A program made the position numbers and the translations under genes. From positions 1-64,000 of IMG/VR virus record IMGVR_UViG_3300032086_003078: 64,000 bases of DNA, one strand, 5' to 3'. The notes below the pieces were generated by a model, which searched no databases, was not told where the DNA came from, and worked only from the letters and a program-made list of their open reading frames with translations. This document shows positions 25,428 through 35,268 of the stretch, one piece after another (the first letter of the stretch is position 1; every line of letters begins with the position of its first letter). The stretch comes from a virus.

Positions 25428-27179
25428 ATGTCTGTAATTAACACACTCACCGAAGGCATTAGACAACGCTCTCTTGCCAATGAAGGTGAAGCTCTTCTTG
25501 AGAAGTGGCAGAAGACTGGACTCCTCGAAGGACTTGACGACCACAAAGCTGGTTCGATGGCTCGCCTTCTTGAGAACCAAGCCGCTCAGCTTCTTAAGGA
25601 ACAATCTACAATGGCTGCCGGCGATGTCGAAGGTTTTGCCTCTGTTGCTTTCCCAATCGTTCGTCGTGTATTCGGCAACCTTATCGCACAAGACCTAGTC
25701 TCAGTGCAACCAATGTCTCTACCAAGTGGACTCATTTTCTTCCTTGACTTTGTGTTCTCTGTTGATGGTGGCATGGTTGATCCAACAGACGGCACCGACG
25801 GCTTCCGCCTAGGTCAGAGACAAGACACCTCTGTTTACGGTGGTGGCAAAGTTGGTTCTGGCATCATTGATGGCGTCGATCTAGGTGGCAACAACGGTCA
25901 GCTTTCTGCTTACAGCTTGAATAACGGCTACTCTAGTCCAACAGGCTCTCAGACAGGTGTCGTTGAAGTTCTCGCCTCTGGTACTTTCGGCGACGTAGCT
26001 TCTATTCACGACTGGGCCGACGTTCTTCACAGTGATCCAGTATTTACCTCTGGTACATCTGGTTACCTCGTTGGTAAAATTCCAACACCTTCTAGCCTTA
26101 ACAAGGATGACTTGGTAGCTGTTACCTTGTCTAGTTCTCTTGGTAACGCTGGTCTATTTGACGGCGGCGCTCGAAGCTGTTTCCAAGTACGTCGCTTGAC
26201 ACAGTTCTCTGGTACAGCCGAAGACCACCTACTAGTTGTTTTGGCTCAGCCAACAATAGCTACTGCTGATGACGCACACACAATTCTTAGTGCTGCTGCC
26301 GGTGAGGTTGGTTCTAGCACCTTCCCAATTGTTGATGGCTTCAACAACGGCGGCGCTATTGGTTCTATAGTTGGTGAGGCAACTTGGGGTCTTGAAGCCC
26401 AAGCCGGCATCCCAGAAATCGACATCAAGGTTGATTCTACTGCCGTAACAGCTATCACCAAGAAGCTTAAGGCTAAGTGGTCTCCAGAGCTAGCTCAAGA
26501 CTTGAATGCTTACCACAACCTCGACGCTGAAGTTGAGTTGACAAGCATCCTTTCTGAGCAAGTTGCTCTTGAAATCGACCAAGAAATCCTTGAAGATCTC
26601 GTCAAGGGTGCTACCGCTGGTACATTGTACTGGTCTCGCAGCCCAGGTAAGTTCCTCAACCGTGAAACAGGTCGTCGTCTTGTCGGCACCACATACCCTG
26701 ACTTCACAGGTACTGTCTCCGAATGGTACGAAACACTTCTTGAAACAGTCAACGAAGTAAGTGCTCGTATTCACCGTAAGACACTTCGTGGCGGCGCAAA
26801 CTTTGTTGTTTGCTCTCCAGAAATGGCTAACATTCTTGAATTCACAAGCGGCTTCCGTGCCAACGTCAACGTTGATGCTGACGGCTCTTGGGGTGCTATG
26901 AATGTCGGTTCTATTAGCCGTAAGATGGACATTATTGTCGATCCTTACTTTACCCGTAACTTGCTCCTTGTCGGTCGTAAGGGCTCTAGCTTCCTCGAAA
27001 GTGGATATGTTTACGCTCCTTACGTCCCACTACAAGTCACACCAACCATCTTTGGTACAGAAGATTTCGTGCCCCGCAAGGGCGTCATGACTCGCTATGC
27101 CAAGAAGATGGTGCGTCCTGACATGTACGGACTAGTTATTTGTCAAGATTTGGTCTCTAACGTCGATCATGCGTCGTAA
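25428..27179 (+). CDS. gp23: Major capsid protein (T4 gp23-like)
   Basis: LLENQ, VRRVFGNLIAQDLVSVQPMSLPSGLIF, KLKAKWSPELAQDL.AYH.LDAE.EL, YAPYVPL, GVMTRY. Confidence 0.98.
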   Translation: MSVINTLTEGIRQRSLANEGEALLEKWQKTGLLEGLDDHKAGSMARLLENQAAQLLKEQSTMAAGDVEGFASVAFPIVRRVFGNLIAQDLVSVQPMSLPSGLIFFLDFVFSVDGGMVDPTDGTDGFRLGQRQDTSVYGGGKVGSGIIDGVDLGGNNGQLSAYSLNNGYSSPTGSQTGVVEVLASGTFGDVASIHDWADVLHSDPVFTSGTSGYLVGKIPTPSSLNKDDLVAVTLSSSLGNAGLFDGGARSCFQVRRLTQFSGTAEDHLLVVLAQPTIATADDAHTILSAAAGEVGSSTFPIVDGFNNGGAIGSIVGEATWGLEAQAGIPEIDIKVDSTAVTAITKKLKAKWSPELAQDLNAYHNLDAEVELTSILSEQVALEIDQEILEDLVKGATAGTLYWSRSPGKFLNRETGRRLVGTTYPDFTGTVSEWYETLLETVNEVSARIHRKTLRGGANFVVCSPEMANILEFTSGFRANVNVDADGSWGAMNVGSISRKMDIIVDPYFTRNLLLVGRKGSSFLESGYVYAPYVPLQVTPTIFGTEDFVPRKGVMTRYAKKMVRPDMYGLVICQDLVSNVDHAS

Positions 27180-27231
27180 GAATCGGTAAGTCGATGACAT
27201 AATCTTTGTTCGAATGAATAAAGATATAGGG

Positions 27232-27259
27232 AACCCCGTCCTTGTGGCGGGGTTTTCTT
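27232..27259 (+). terminator. Intrinsic terminator after the MCP
   Basis: aaccccgtc-cttgt-ggcggggtt followed by ttctt. Confidence 0.8.
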
Positions 27260-27315
27260 ATTAGTGGGATAAAATAAGAAAGTCTAAAACTATTTATACA
27301 AAGCGAGGAAGTTAG

Positions 27316-28566
27316 ATGCCAACTAATCTACAACCAGTTAGCACCACAAGTGCTGTTGTTCTGCCTTCGACAGGGACCCACTCCGATGTAGAGTCTGCTT
27401 TGTCTTATGGTGTGTATACCACAGATGCATTCATTAGTGGTGCAGTAGATCAAGTATCTTATACCTACAATAAGTTAGGTGGTAGAGTTCTTGATTTAGA
27501 AATAACACCAGAAATAGTTTATAATGCATATGAAGAAGCGTGCTTAGAGTATTCTTACTTGGTAAACACACACCAAGCTAAGAATGTCCTTTCTGACATG
27601 CTAGGTAACACTACAGGGTCTTTTGACCAGGACGGTGAGTTTACTGAATATGCTAATGGCACAGATGTAAAGCCAAATTTGAAATTTCCTCGTTTTCAGC
27701 TTGGGTATGCCACCCATGTTGGGCGTGGGAGTAGCGTCCATGCCGGCATAGGTGCATCACAAACAGTTTATTCTGCTTCTTTTGTTCCTCGAAACGACGT
27801 TCAAGACTATGATCTTCAGGCAATCATATATTCTGCCTCATTAGAAGCAGATTCACCATTCCAAGATGCCGTAGGCAGAAGTGCAATAACAATACAGAGA
27901 GTGTACTATCGGACACCACAGACAATGTGGAGCTTTTTTGGAGGATATTCCATAGGGGCAGTTGGCAACCTGTCAACTTATGGGATGTATGCGGATGATA
28001 GTGCATTTCAGCTAGTACCAGCATGGCAAAATGTCCTACAGGCTTATGCTTTTGAAGAAGACATGAATGTCCGTGCATCACATTACTCTTTTAGGATCAA
28101 TAATAATAAACTAAGAATTTTCCCAACCCCTGACGGACTAAATCCCGATAGATTTTGGGTAGACTTTAGAGTATCTGAAGACGCTTTCCAGGAAGAGTTT
28201 GATAGAAAATATGGTGCTGATGGTGTTAATAATATGAATACACTTCCATTTCCAAATGTACCATATAAAAATATCAATAGCATTGGCAAGCAGTGGATTA
28301 GAAGATTCGCTCTATCTCTATCTAAAGAAACTCTGGGACAAGTTCGTTCAAAGTTGGCTAGTATACCAATACCTGGAAACGAGGTAACCCTAAACGGACC
28401 ATCTTTAATATCAGAAGCAAAAGACGAGCAAAATGCTCTCAGGGATGAATTGAAGACTGTTCTTGATGAGATGGCTTATGGTGCCCTCATGGAAGGTGAT
28501 GCACAATTGCAAAACAACTTGTCTGAAGTAATCAAACATGTGCCAACTGGCATATACGTAGGATAA
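27316..28566 (+). CDS. Neck/head-tail adaptor (gp13-like)
   Basis: KLGG.VLDLEI, WIRRFAL...KE.LG.VRSK...IPG..VTLNG; synteny. Confidence 0.8.
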   Translation: MPTNLQPVSTTSAVVLPSTGTHSDVESALSYGVYTTDAFISGAVDQVSYTYNKLGGRVLDLEITPEIVYNAYEEACLEYSYLVNTHQAKNVLSDMLGNTTGSFDQDGEFTEYANGTDVKPNLKFPRFQLGYATHVGRGSSVHAGIGASQTVYSASFVPRNDVQDYDLQAIIYSASLEADSPFQDAVGRSAITIQRVYYRTPQTMWSFFGGYSIGAVGNLSTYGMYADDSAFQLVPAWQNVLQAYAFEEDMNVRASHYSFRINNNKLRIFPTPDGLNPDRFWVDFRVSEDAFQEEFDRKYGADGVNNMNTLPFPNVPYKNINSIGKQWIRRFALSLSKETLGQVRSKLASIPIPGNEVTLNGPSLISEAKDEQNALRDELKTVLDEMAYGALMEGDAQLQNNLSEVIKHVPTGIYVG

Positions 28567-28570
28567 TTAG

Positions 28571-29086
28571 ATGGCTTCACGAAACAGATGGACTCAACCT
28601 AGCTCGCCACCACCACCTCTTTTTGTTGGAAAAGCAGAGCGTGACTTTGTTAAGCAAATAAATGACGAAATAATAGAACACGTCATAGGTCAGCAGTTAT
28701 TGTATTTTCCAATCGATAGAAATAGAACAAATTATAATGAACTATATGGAGAAGCAATAGACAAGACTTTTCTTCCTCCTATTAGAGTTTATAGCTTGGT
28801 AGAGTTCAATGGTTCTGATAGAAAACAGGAAGAATATGGCTTTGACAACCTCTATAACATAACAGTTCACTTTCACAAAAGAAGATTGACACAAGATCAA
28901 AATTTATTTGCTCGTCTCGGAGATTTCGTGCAATATGATGGAATGTACTTTGAGATAGTAGATATTTCTGAACCAAGATATCTGTTCGGACAGGACAGTG
29001 ATTTTGCCGACGGCACTTCTTTGGAAATCTCAGCAGTCTGTAGACAAGCTAGAAAAGGTTTATTCAATCCTGGAAAAAACATTTGA
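28571..29086 (+). CDS. Head closure protein (gp14-like)
   Basis: GQQLLYFP...LYGEA..KTF, GDFV.Y....FEI; synteny. Confidence 0.75.
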   Translation: MASRNRWTQPSSPPPPLFVGKAERDFVKQINDEIIEHVIGQQLLYFPIDRNRTNYNELYGEAIDKTFLPPIRVYSLVEFNGSDRKQEEYGFDNLYNITVHFHKRRLTQDQNLFARLGDFVQYDGMYFEIVDISEPRYLFGQDSDFADGTSLEISAVCRQARKGLFNPGKNI

Positions 29087-29098
29087 GGAAAATAGCCA

Positions 29099-29989
29099 AT
29101 GCCTAAGAGAACAGATTTAAATGAAAAATTAGAGTCTGAATATCCTTTCTCACCGTCTACTCTGGAGAGTATCGATAAAGCTCTTTATAATTTTATAAAC
29201 GATGATCTAAATGTATCCTGTGACACTAACAGTGGCTTCAAGAAAGTACCAATAATCTTTGCTACTCCAGAAAGGGCATTTCAAATAAAAGACATACCAG
29301 ATGAGGGCAGCATCAGAACGGATGGTAGGGTCCTAGAGTACCCCTTGATTTCGATTATTCGAACCAATCTTGTAAAGAACCCTCAAAACAAAGCAAAATA
29401 CGGAGTACACATACCTCCATACTACGATTTCTATAAAAAGGGTGGCTCTATCCCAATAGCTAGAAGGGTGGTACAGGACAAAACAAGAAACTTTGCCAAT
29501 GCTGAGGCTAAAAAAAGGTTCGGAGCAAGTACAAACGAAAATTATGACAACTTTCCGTTCCAAAATAAAGAGGTTGTGTATGAAACATTGTATGCACCAA
29601 TGCCTACCTATGTCGAAGTCAACTATGACATTAAAATGATCTCTAACTACCAGCAACAAATGAACCAAATGCTGGCTCCTTTCCTAGCCAGGTTCTCAAC
29701 GCCAGCCGTTTTTAACATTTATCATGAAAAAAACACATATGAGGCTTTTGTGGAGCAAAACTTTAACAACGAGAGCAATAATGCGGGATTACAGACCGAC
29801 GAAAGGATCTTTAGGACCACTGCTAATATTAAAGTTTTGGGATATCTTGTCGGGGAGCAGGAAAATCAAGAGACACCCGCTGTAATTGTCCGTGAATCTG
29901 CTGCGAAAGTTACTATTGGCAGAGAAAGAGTTGTTGTTGGTGACGAACCAGAATTTCACGCAGGAAGAAAAGATAAATATAGACGATAA
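29099..29989 (+). CDS. Tail terminator/sheath stabiliser (gp15-like)
   Basis: KVPIIFATPER, YPLISI.R, P.YVEVNY; position before the sheath. Confidence 0.7.
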   Translation: MPKRTDLNEKLESEYPFSPSTLESIDKALYNFINDDLNVSCDTNSGFKKVPIIFATPERAFQIKDIPDEGSIRTDGRVLEYPLISIIRTNLVKNPQNKAKYGVHIPPYYDFYKKGGSIPIARRVVQDKTRNFANAEAKKRFGASTNENYDNFPFQNKEVVYETLYAPMPTYVEVNYDIKMISNYQQQMNQMLAPFLARFSTPAVFNIYHEKNTYEAFVEQNFNNESNNAGLQTDERIFRTTANIKVLGYLVGEQENQETPAVIVRESAAKVTIGRERVVVGDEPEFHAGRKDKYRR

Positions 29990-30088
29990 TCTAGTAGGGA
30001 GTTTGGAAATACGACCTACTATTTATTATTGGTGTTTAGTGTATAAACCCTGCGAATATTTTATGCTAACCGAGGAGAAAACATTTCG

Positions 30089-33000
30089 ATGGCTGATAAC
30101 TCTTCCAGAAAATTTAAGTTTATATCACCTGGTGTCTTCATTAAGGAGATCGACAACTCAGAGCTTCCTGCTGTACCAGCAGAAGTTGGTCCTCTTCTAA
30201 TAGGAAGAGCCAGGAAAGGTCCGGCTAACAAGCCAGTTCAAATAACCTCATACTCTGACTTCGTTCAGACTTTTGGTAACCCATCTGCTGGTAATGAAGG
30301 TGGTGATGTTTGGCGTGTTGGTGATTTTAATGCTCCAACCTATGCTCCTTTTGCAGCAAAAGCGTGGCTTGCTAGCAGCAATCCAATTACTTATATCAGA
30401 GCGCTTGGTGATGAGTCAGAAGGATATACTGCTGCAACTGGTCGAGCCGGGTGGAACCTAGATGCTACACAAGGGACGTCTTTAGCTCAAGGTGGTGCCT
30501 ATGGTCTTCTTGTTTTCCCAAGTGGCAGTGGAACTGAGAATTTGACTGGTACTCTTGCAGCACAGTTTTACTGCCAAGACAGCCGAGTTCTTTTGTCGGG
30601 TAGTGTTAGAGGTACTGATAATGGCGGTTCGTTTGGTTCTACCCTGATTGATTTGGGTACAAACCTAGATAGCATTCCTTTGGTGTTTACTGGTAGCGAT
30701 ATGAACCATAAAGAGTTTGTTAGTTTTAACGAAAGCAAACCAAATTATATTCGTAGGGTTCTCAATACAGACCCAACAGTCACAAACAGTACAATTACAA
30801 ACAGTGAAACTCAAACATTTTATCAAGGCGGAAAGTACTTTCTTGGAGAAACATACGAGAACCGTATTGGTGAGGGTTCTTCTACATCACTAGGTCTTTT
30901 GAATGTTGGCGGTGGTGTTAGTAAATATTATGGTGCCATTGTTCCAATGGTAACTAAAACTGCTGCTACAACATTTACTAACGATCAGGCTAATTTCTTG
31001 GGCGCAGCAAGAAAAGCATCTACAGGATGGTTCTTCTCTCAAGACCTCGGATCAAACCCAGCCGCATACGCACACAAGAACATGCAGAGGTTGTTCCGTA
31101 TTGAAGCATTAACCGCTGGTGAAAACTTCAATAGAGATGTAAAGATTTCTATCGCAAACATTAAAGCAGGCAGAGGAGACTTCCAACCTTATGGCAGCTT
31201 CTCTCTTCTAGTTCGTTCCTTGAATGACACTGATAACAATCAAGTTATCTTGGAAAGATATGACAACTTGAACTTGAATCCTGCTTCTCCAAATTATATC
31301 GCTGCTCGAATTGGTGATAAATATCAAGTCTATTCTCAGGCAGAGAAGAGATCCACAGAATACGGTGAATTTGAAAATAGATCAAATTATATTAGAGTTG
31401 TAATGGATCCTGATATCGCTGCTGGTATTGGTGAGACTAGGTTGCTACCTTTTGGTGTTTTTGGACCACCTAAATATCGAGACGTAACAATTACCTCTGG
31501 TTCAACAGGTTTGCAAAATCTTGCTTCAATACCCGATGGAGACCCAGTAACAGCGGCAGGTCCACTTTCTGCTCTAACCATGATTGCTCCTGGCGCTTCA
31601 GCATCTTTTGGCGCTGACGGTCACGATATTCAAGATAAAGGAACATATGTTGCTGCACCTCTTCTTATGAGATATGCTGATGATCGAGCCAGAGGGGATG
31701 TTCTTACAACTAAATTTACAGGTTCAATTAAATTCCCAGCACCTGTTTGCAGAGCCAGTTCTTTACAAGGTTCTCCAAGGTCTCTAGATAACACATTCTG
31801 GGGTGTCTGGACTGGTAAAGCCTGGAACAACGCTCAATATAATCATGAGATGTCTGACTATCTTAGACCAAGAAACTTTGACGCATCTAGCGAGTCTTCT
31901 GTTTATGATCCAGCACAGGATGTTGATGGTGAGACCACAAATAGTGGCTCTAGCCCTCTTGTTCTTTCATACGCATTCTCTCTTGATGATGTTGCTGGAA
32001 CTCTCAATGGCACCGCACTTAGCGGCGCTGCTACTTGGGCCAGCGGTAACAGAGCCGGCTCAACTAGTATTAGTGCAAACTACAGCTACACTGGCACACT
32101 AGATGCAGGTATAGATAGGTTCACCACAGTTCTTGCTGGTGGGTCTGATGGCTATAATAAAACTGAGCGTGATCCATTTGCAAACAAAGATATGGATGGG
32201 AAAACAGAACAAACATCTTATGGGTTGTTCTCCCTACGCAAGGCTGTAAACATTGCATCTGATCCCGAAGTGGTCCAGATGAATGCAATATCAATTCCAG
32301 GCGTTTGGGCTCCAGGAGTAACAAATTATGTTCTTGACACAGCAGAGTCAAGAGGTGATGCTCTTGCAGTGGTTGATTTGCAGTACGGCTGGACTCCTCA
32401 AGCCGAAACAAATGACGATCCAGTTACAGCAAACGCAGGAAACACTCCAAAAGCTGCTGCTGATGCTCTTGCTAATAGAAGCATAAACAACAGTTACGGT
32501 GCTGCATACTATCCATGGGTACGCATCTATGATGATAACTCAGATAGATCTTTGTGGGCTCCACCTAGCGTCGCAGCTTTGGGTGTTCTATCTAACACAG
32601 ATAGGCTTCGTGCCCCATGGTTCGCTCCCGCTGGATTCACCAGAGGTGGGCTTTCTGAGGGTGCTGCTGGTATTCCTGTTACAGATGTAACTCGTCGCTT
32701 GACTTCTGACGATAGAGACTTGTTGTATGACAACAACATTAACCCTATCGCCAAGTTCCCTGCTGAAGGAATTGTTGTTTTCGGTCAAAAGACCTTACAA
32801 CAGACAGCATCAGCCCTTGATCGAATCAATGTTCGTCGCTTGATGATCTACTTGAAGCGTGAAATTTCATTCATCGCCTCAAGACTATTGTTCGGTCCAA
32901 ATACCTCAGTAACCTGGGATACCTTCAAGGGGCAGGCTCTTCCAATCCTTAGAGATGTGAAGACAGATTTTGGTATTGAAGACTTCAAGTTGATTTTGGA

Positions 33001-33136
33001 CGAATCTACCACTACGCCTGACTTGGTTGACAGAAACATAATCTATGCTAAGTTGCTAGTAAAACCAACTCGTGCAGTTGAGTACTTTGCTATTGACTTC
33101 GTAGTCACAAATAGTGGAGCATCTTTCGAGGATTAA
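30089..33136 (+). CDS. gp18: Contractile tail sheath protein
   Basis: SPGVFIKEID, YGAAYYPWV, PWFAPAGFTRG, INPI, FGQKTLQ, DRINVRRL. Confidence 0.96.
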   Translation: MADNSSRKFKFISPGVFIKEIDNSELPAVPAEVGPLLIGRARKGPANKPVQITSYSDFVQTFGNPSAGNEGGDVWRVGDFNAPTYAPFAAKAWLASSNPITYIRALGDESEGYTAATGRAGWNLDATQGTSLAQGGAYGLLVFPSGSGTENLTGTLAAQFYCQDSRVLLSGSVRGTDNGGSFGSTLIDLGTNLDSIPLVFTGSDMNHKEFVSFNESKPNYIRRVLNTDPTVTNSTITNSETQTFYQGGKYFLGETYENRIGEGSSTSLGLLNVGGGVSKYYGAIVPMVTKTAATTFTNDQANFLGAARKASTGWFFSQDLGSNPAAYAHKNMQRLFRIEALTAGENFNRDVKISIANIKAGRGDFQPYGSFSLLVRSLNDTDNNQVILERYDNLNLNPASPNYIAARIGDKYQVYSQAEKRSTEYGEFENRSNYIRVVMDPDIAAGIGETRLLPFGVFGPPKYRDVTITSGSTGLQNLASIPDGDPVTAAGPLSALTMIAPGASASFGADGHDIQDKGTYVAAPLLMRYADDRARGDVLTTKFTGSIKFPAPVCRASSLQGSPRSLDNTFWGVWTGKAWNNAQYNHEMSDYLRPRNFDASSESSVYDPAQDVDGETTNSGSSPLVLSYAFSLDDVAGTLNGTALSGAATWASGNRAGSTSISANYSYTGTLDAGIDRFTTVLAGGSDGYNKTERDPFANKDMDGKTEQTSYGLFSLRKAVNIASDPEVVQMNAISIPGVWAPGVTNYVLDTAESRGDALAVVDLQYGWTPQAETNDDPVTANAGNTPKAAADALANRSINNSYGAAYYPWVRIYDDNSDRSLWAPPSVAALGVLSNTDRLRAPWFAPAGFTRGGLSEGAAGIPVTDVTRRLTSDDRDLLYDNNINPIAKFPAEGIVVFGQKTLQQTASALDRINVRRLMIYLKREISFIASRLLFGPNTSVTWDTFKGQALPILRDVKTDFGIEDFKLILDESTTTPDLVDRNIIYAKLLVKPTRAVEYFAIDFVVTNSGASFED

Positions 33137-33175
33137 TTGAGATGCTACTACTTACTATAAGGAGCTAAAAAACAA

Positions 33176-33745
33176 ATGGCAAGTCTATTTTGGACCAATT
33201 CAAAAAGCGAACCAAAACGCAGGTACCGATTTGAACTGAGTTTTTCTTCTCGTGGTGACGAGACCAGGGGTTCTATTCCAGTCTGGACTGTGAAGACCGC
33301 TGCTAAGCCTCGTGCATCAGTCAATGTAGTAGAACATCAGTACATCGATCACACATTCAAGTACCCTGGAAGAGTAACCTGGGAAACCATCCAGGTAACA
33401 TTGGTTGATCCTGTCAACCCTGACTTGTCATACTCTTTCCTTGATGTTCTAGGCGCTGCTGGTTACAAGTATCCAACCGACGCTGCTCTCTCTAAGAACA
33501 GCTTGAGCAAAGATGCTTTCAGAAGAGCCATTGGTTCTGTGTTCCTTAAGCAGCTTGACGACCAAGGTAGACCAATCGAAGAGTGGGAACTTATCAACCC
33601 ATTCATCACCAGCATTGACTTTGGTGGAACTTTGAGCTATGAAGATGACATGATGAATGAGATCACCATTGAACTAGCGTTCGATTGGGCTCAGTTGAAC
33701 TTCACAACTCAAGGCGTCCCTAGTAGCACAGGACAGGGCGCATAA
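33176..33745 (+). CDS. gp19: Tail tube protein
   Basis: EPKRRYRF, KYPGRVTWE, EEWEL.N.F, LAFDWA; follows the sheath. Confidence 0.88.
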   Translation: MASLFWTNSKSEPKRRYRFELSFSSRGDETRGSIPVWTVKTAAKPRASVNVVEHQYIDHTFKYPGRVTWETIQVTLVDPVNPDLSYSFLDVLGAAGYKYPTDAALSKNSLSKDAFRRAIGSVFLKQLDDQGRPIEEWELINPFITSIDFGGTLSYEDDMMNEITIELAFDWAQLNFTTQGVPSSTGQGA

Positions 33746-33802
33746 AAAATAAACAAATTTTCAATAGTGTAATACTATTAGAAAAAAGAAAGGTTATAAA
33801 AT

Positions 33803-34666
33803 ATGAGTAGAAACCAGAATAGACTGGGAATTGAAGAAGAAAAATTCTTACAGGACGAGACACCCGCACCTTTCACAGGTCAGGAGTCTGGTCCTGCTTT
33901 TAATTGGTCTGTACCAACAGAACTAGTTGAACTACCTAGCAAGGGTCTGTTTTACCCAGCAAATCACCCTCTTCATAAACAAGAGACTGTTGAGATTCGC
34001 TACATGACAGCGAAAGAAGAAGATTTGCTAACTTCTAGAGCACTTCTCAGAGAAGGCGTAGCATTAGACCGTATGCTTGCTAATCTCCTTGTAGATAGAA
34101 GCATTGATATCGGCACTTTGCTCCTCGGCGACAAAAATGCACTTTTAGTAGCTGCCAGAAGAACAGGGTACGGACCAGAGTATGAGACCTCTGTCACCTG
34201 TCCTTCGTGCGAAGAGAAATCAGAATTCTCTTTTGATATCTCTGAACCAAAGTCTGTTGAGTTTGAAGAGCAAGCCAATGCATGGGGTGTCTCTTATAGC
34301 GATGAGGGACATGTCAACATTAAGTTACCCATGACAAAGGCTGTAGTTACTTGTCGTTTGTTGACCTCAGAGGATGAAGTGAGGCTAGCAAAAGAGTTGC
34401 AGCGCAAAGAGAAGAAAAAAATAACATCCTCATCTACTACCGATACTCTAAGGGCAATTATCGTCGCAGTAAATGGAGACTCAGACAGAGTGACCCTAGA
34501 GTCTTTCATACAGGCTATGCCAGCTAGAGATGGTAGAACATTTCGAATGATTTATGGAGATATTACTCCAAACATTGATTTAACCCAATTTTTTGAATGT
34601 GGCAATTGCGGTCATGGAGCGGACCTGGAGGTTCCGCTGGGTATTGACTTTTTTTGGCCTGGGTGA
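33803..34666 (+). CDS. Tail assembly chaperone / baseplate hub assembly protein (gp26-like)
   Basis: VELPSKG.FY, MTAKEEDLL, two CxxC pairs, ends DFFWPG. Confidence 0.8.
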   Translation: MSRNQNRLGIEEEKFLQDETPAPFTGQESGPAFNWSVPTELVELPSKGLFYPANHPLHKQETVEIRYMTAKEEDLLTSRALLREGVALDRMLANLLVDRSIDIGTLLLGDKNALLVAARRTGYGPEYETSVTCPSCEEKSEFSFDISEPKSVEFEEQANAWGVSYSDEGHVNIKLPMTKAVVTCRLLTSEDEVRLAKELQRKEKKKITSSSTTDTLRAIIVAVNGDSDRVTLESFIQAMPARDGRTFRMIYGDITPNIDLTQFFECGNCGHGADLEVPLGIDFFWPG

Positions 34667-34862
34667 TGACTATATCGAAGCTGTATACGAACAACTCTTC
34701 CAATTGAAATATTATGGCGGTTGGAGCTTCTTTGAATCATACAATCTGCCTGTAAGTGTTCGAATGTGGTTTTTAGAGCGATTGATAAAGCAAAAGCAAG
34801 ACGAGAATGAGGCAAGCAAGAAAGCATCATCCTCTTCTCGTGGCAAATCCTTTAGAACGTGA
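34650..34862 (+). CDS. Downstream chaperone segment (gp51/gpT-like), probably reached by frameshift
   Basis: YEQLFQLKYYGGWSFFESYNLPVSVRMWFL; no SD-linked start; overlaps a T7 run at 34649-34655. Confidence 0.6.
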   Translation, partial: FFGLGDDYIEAVYEQLFQLKYYGGWSFFESYNLPVSVRMWFLERLIKQKQDENEASKKASSSSRGKSFRT

Positions 34863-34907
34863 TAATATTATTTAGATACTATTTAATAGACGAGCTTTTA
34901 TGAGGGT

Positions 34908-35255
34908 TTGTTCTTGAAGATTGATTTTGAAAATGAGATTCTCGATTTATCTGACTTTAAGAAGTTAGATGAGAATGAAGTAATTAATGAAAACATTCTA
35001 AACGTCTTTGCTGCATGGCTTCAGTACCTCTTGTCTAAGATGTACAAAGGGCGTCGAATTCCTGTTCGTGTTCGAGGAAACAGAATAGAGGTTGAAAGAT
35101 TCACTGATGCCTTGGTGAACGAAAAAAAGTATATGGATCTTATCAAGAAGTATGGTCTTGATGACCCCATGACATACAAGCAAAAAGCTAAACTTGATTT
35201 GGCTATCAAGAGATTCGAAAGAGAGTCAGGCATTACTTGGCCTATACGTCGCTGA
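34908..35255 (+). CDS. Hypothetical tail-module protein
   Basis: GAGG SD before a TTG start; late-type motif at 34878. Confidence 0.65.
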   Translation: MFLKIDFENEILDLSDFKKLDENEVINENILNVFAAWLQYLLSKMYKGRRIPVRVRGNRIEVERFTDALVNEKKYMDLIKKYGLDDPMTYKQKAKLDLAIKRFERESGITWPIRR

Positions 35256-35268
35256 AGGTAATTAAGTA

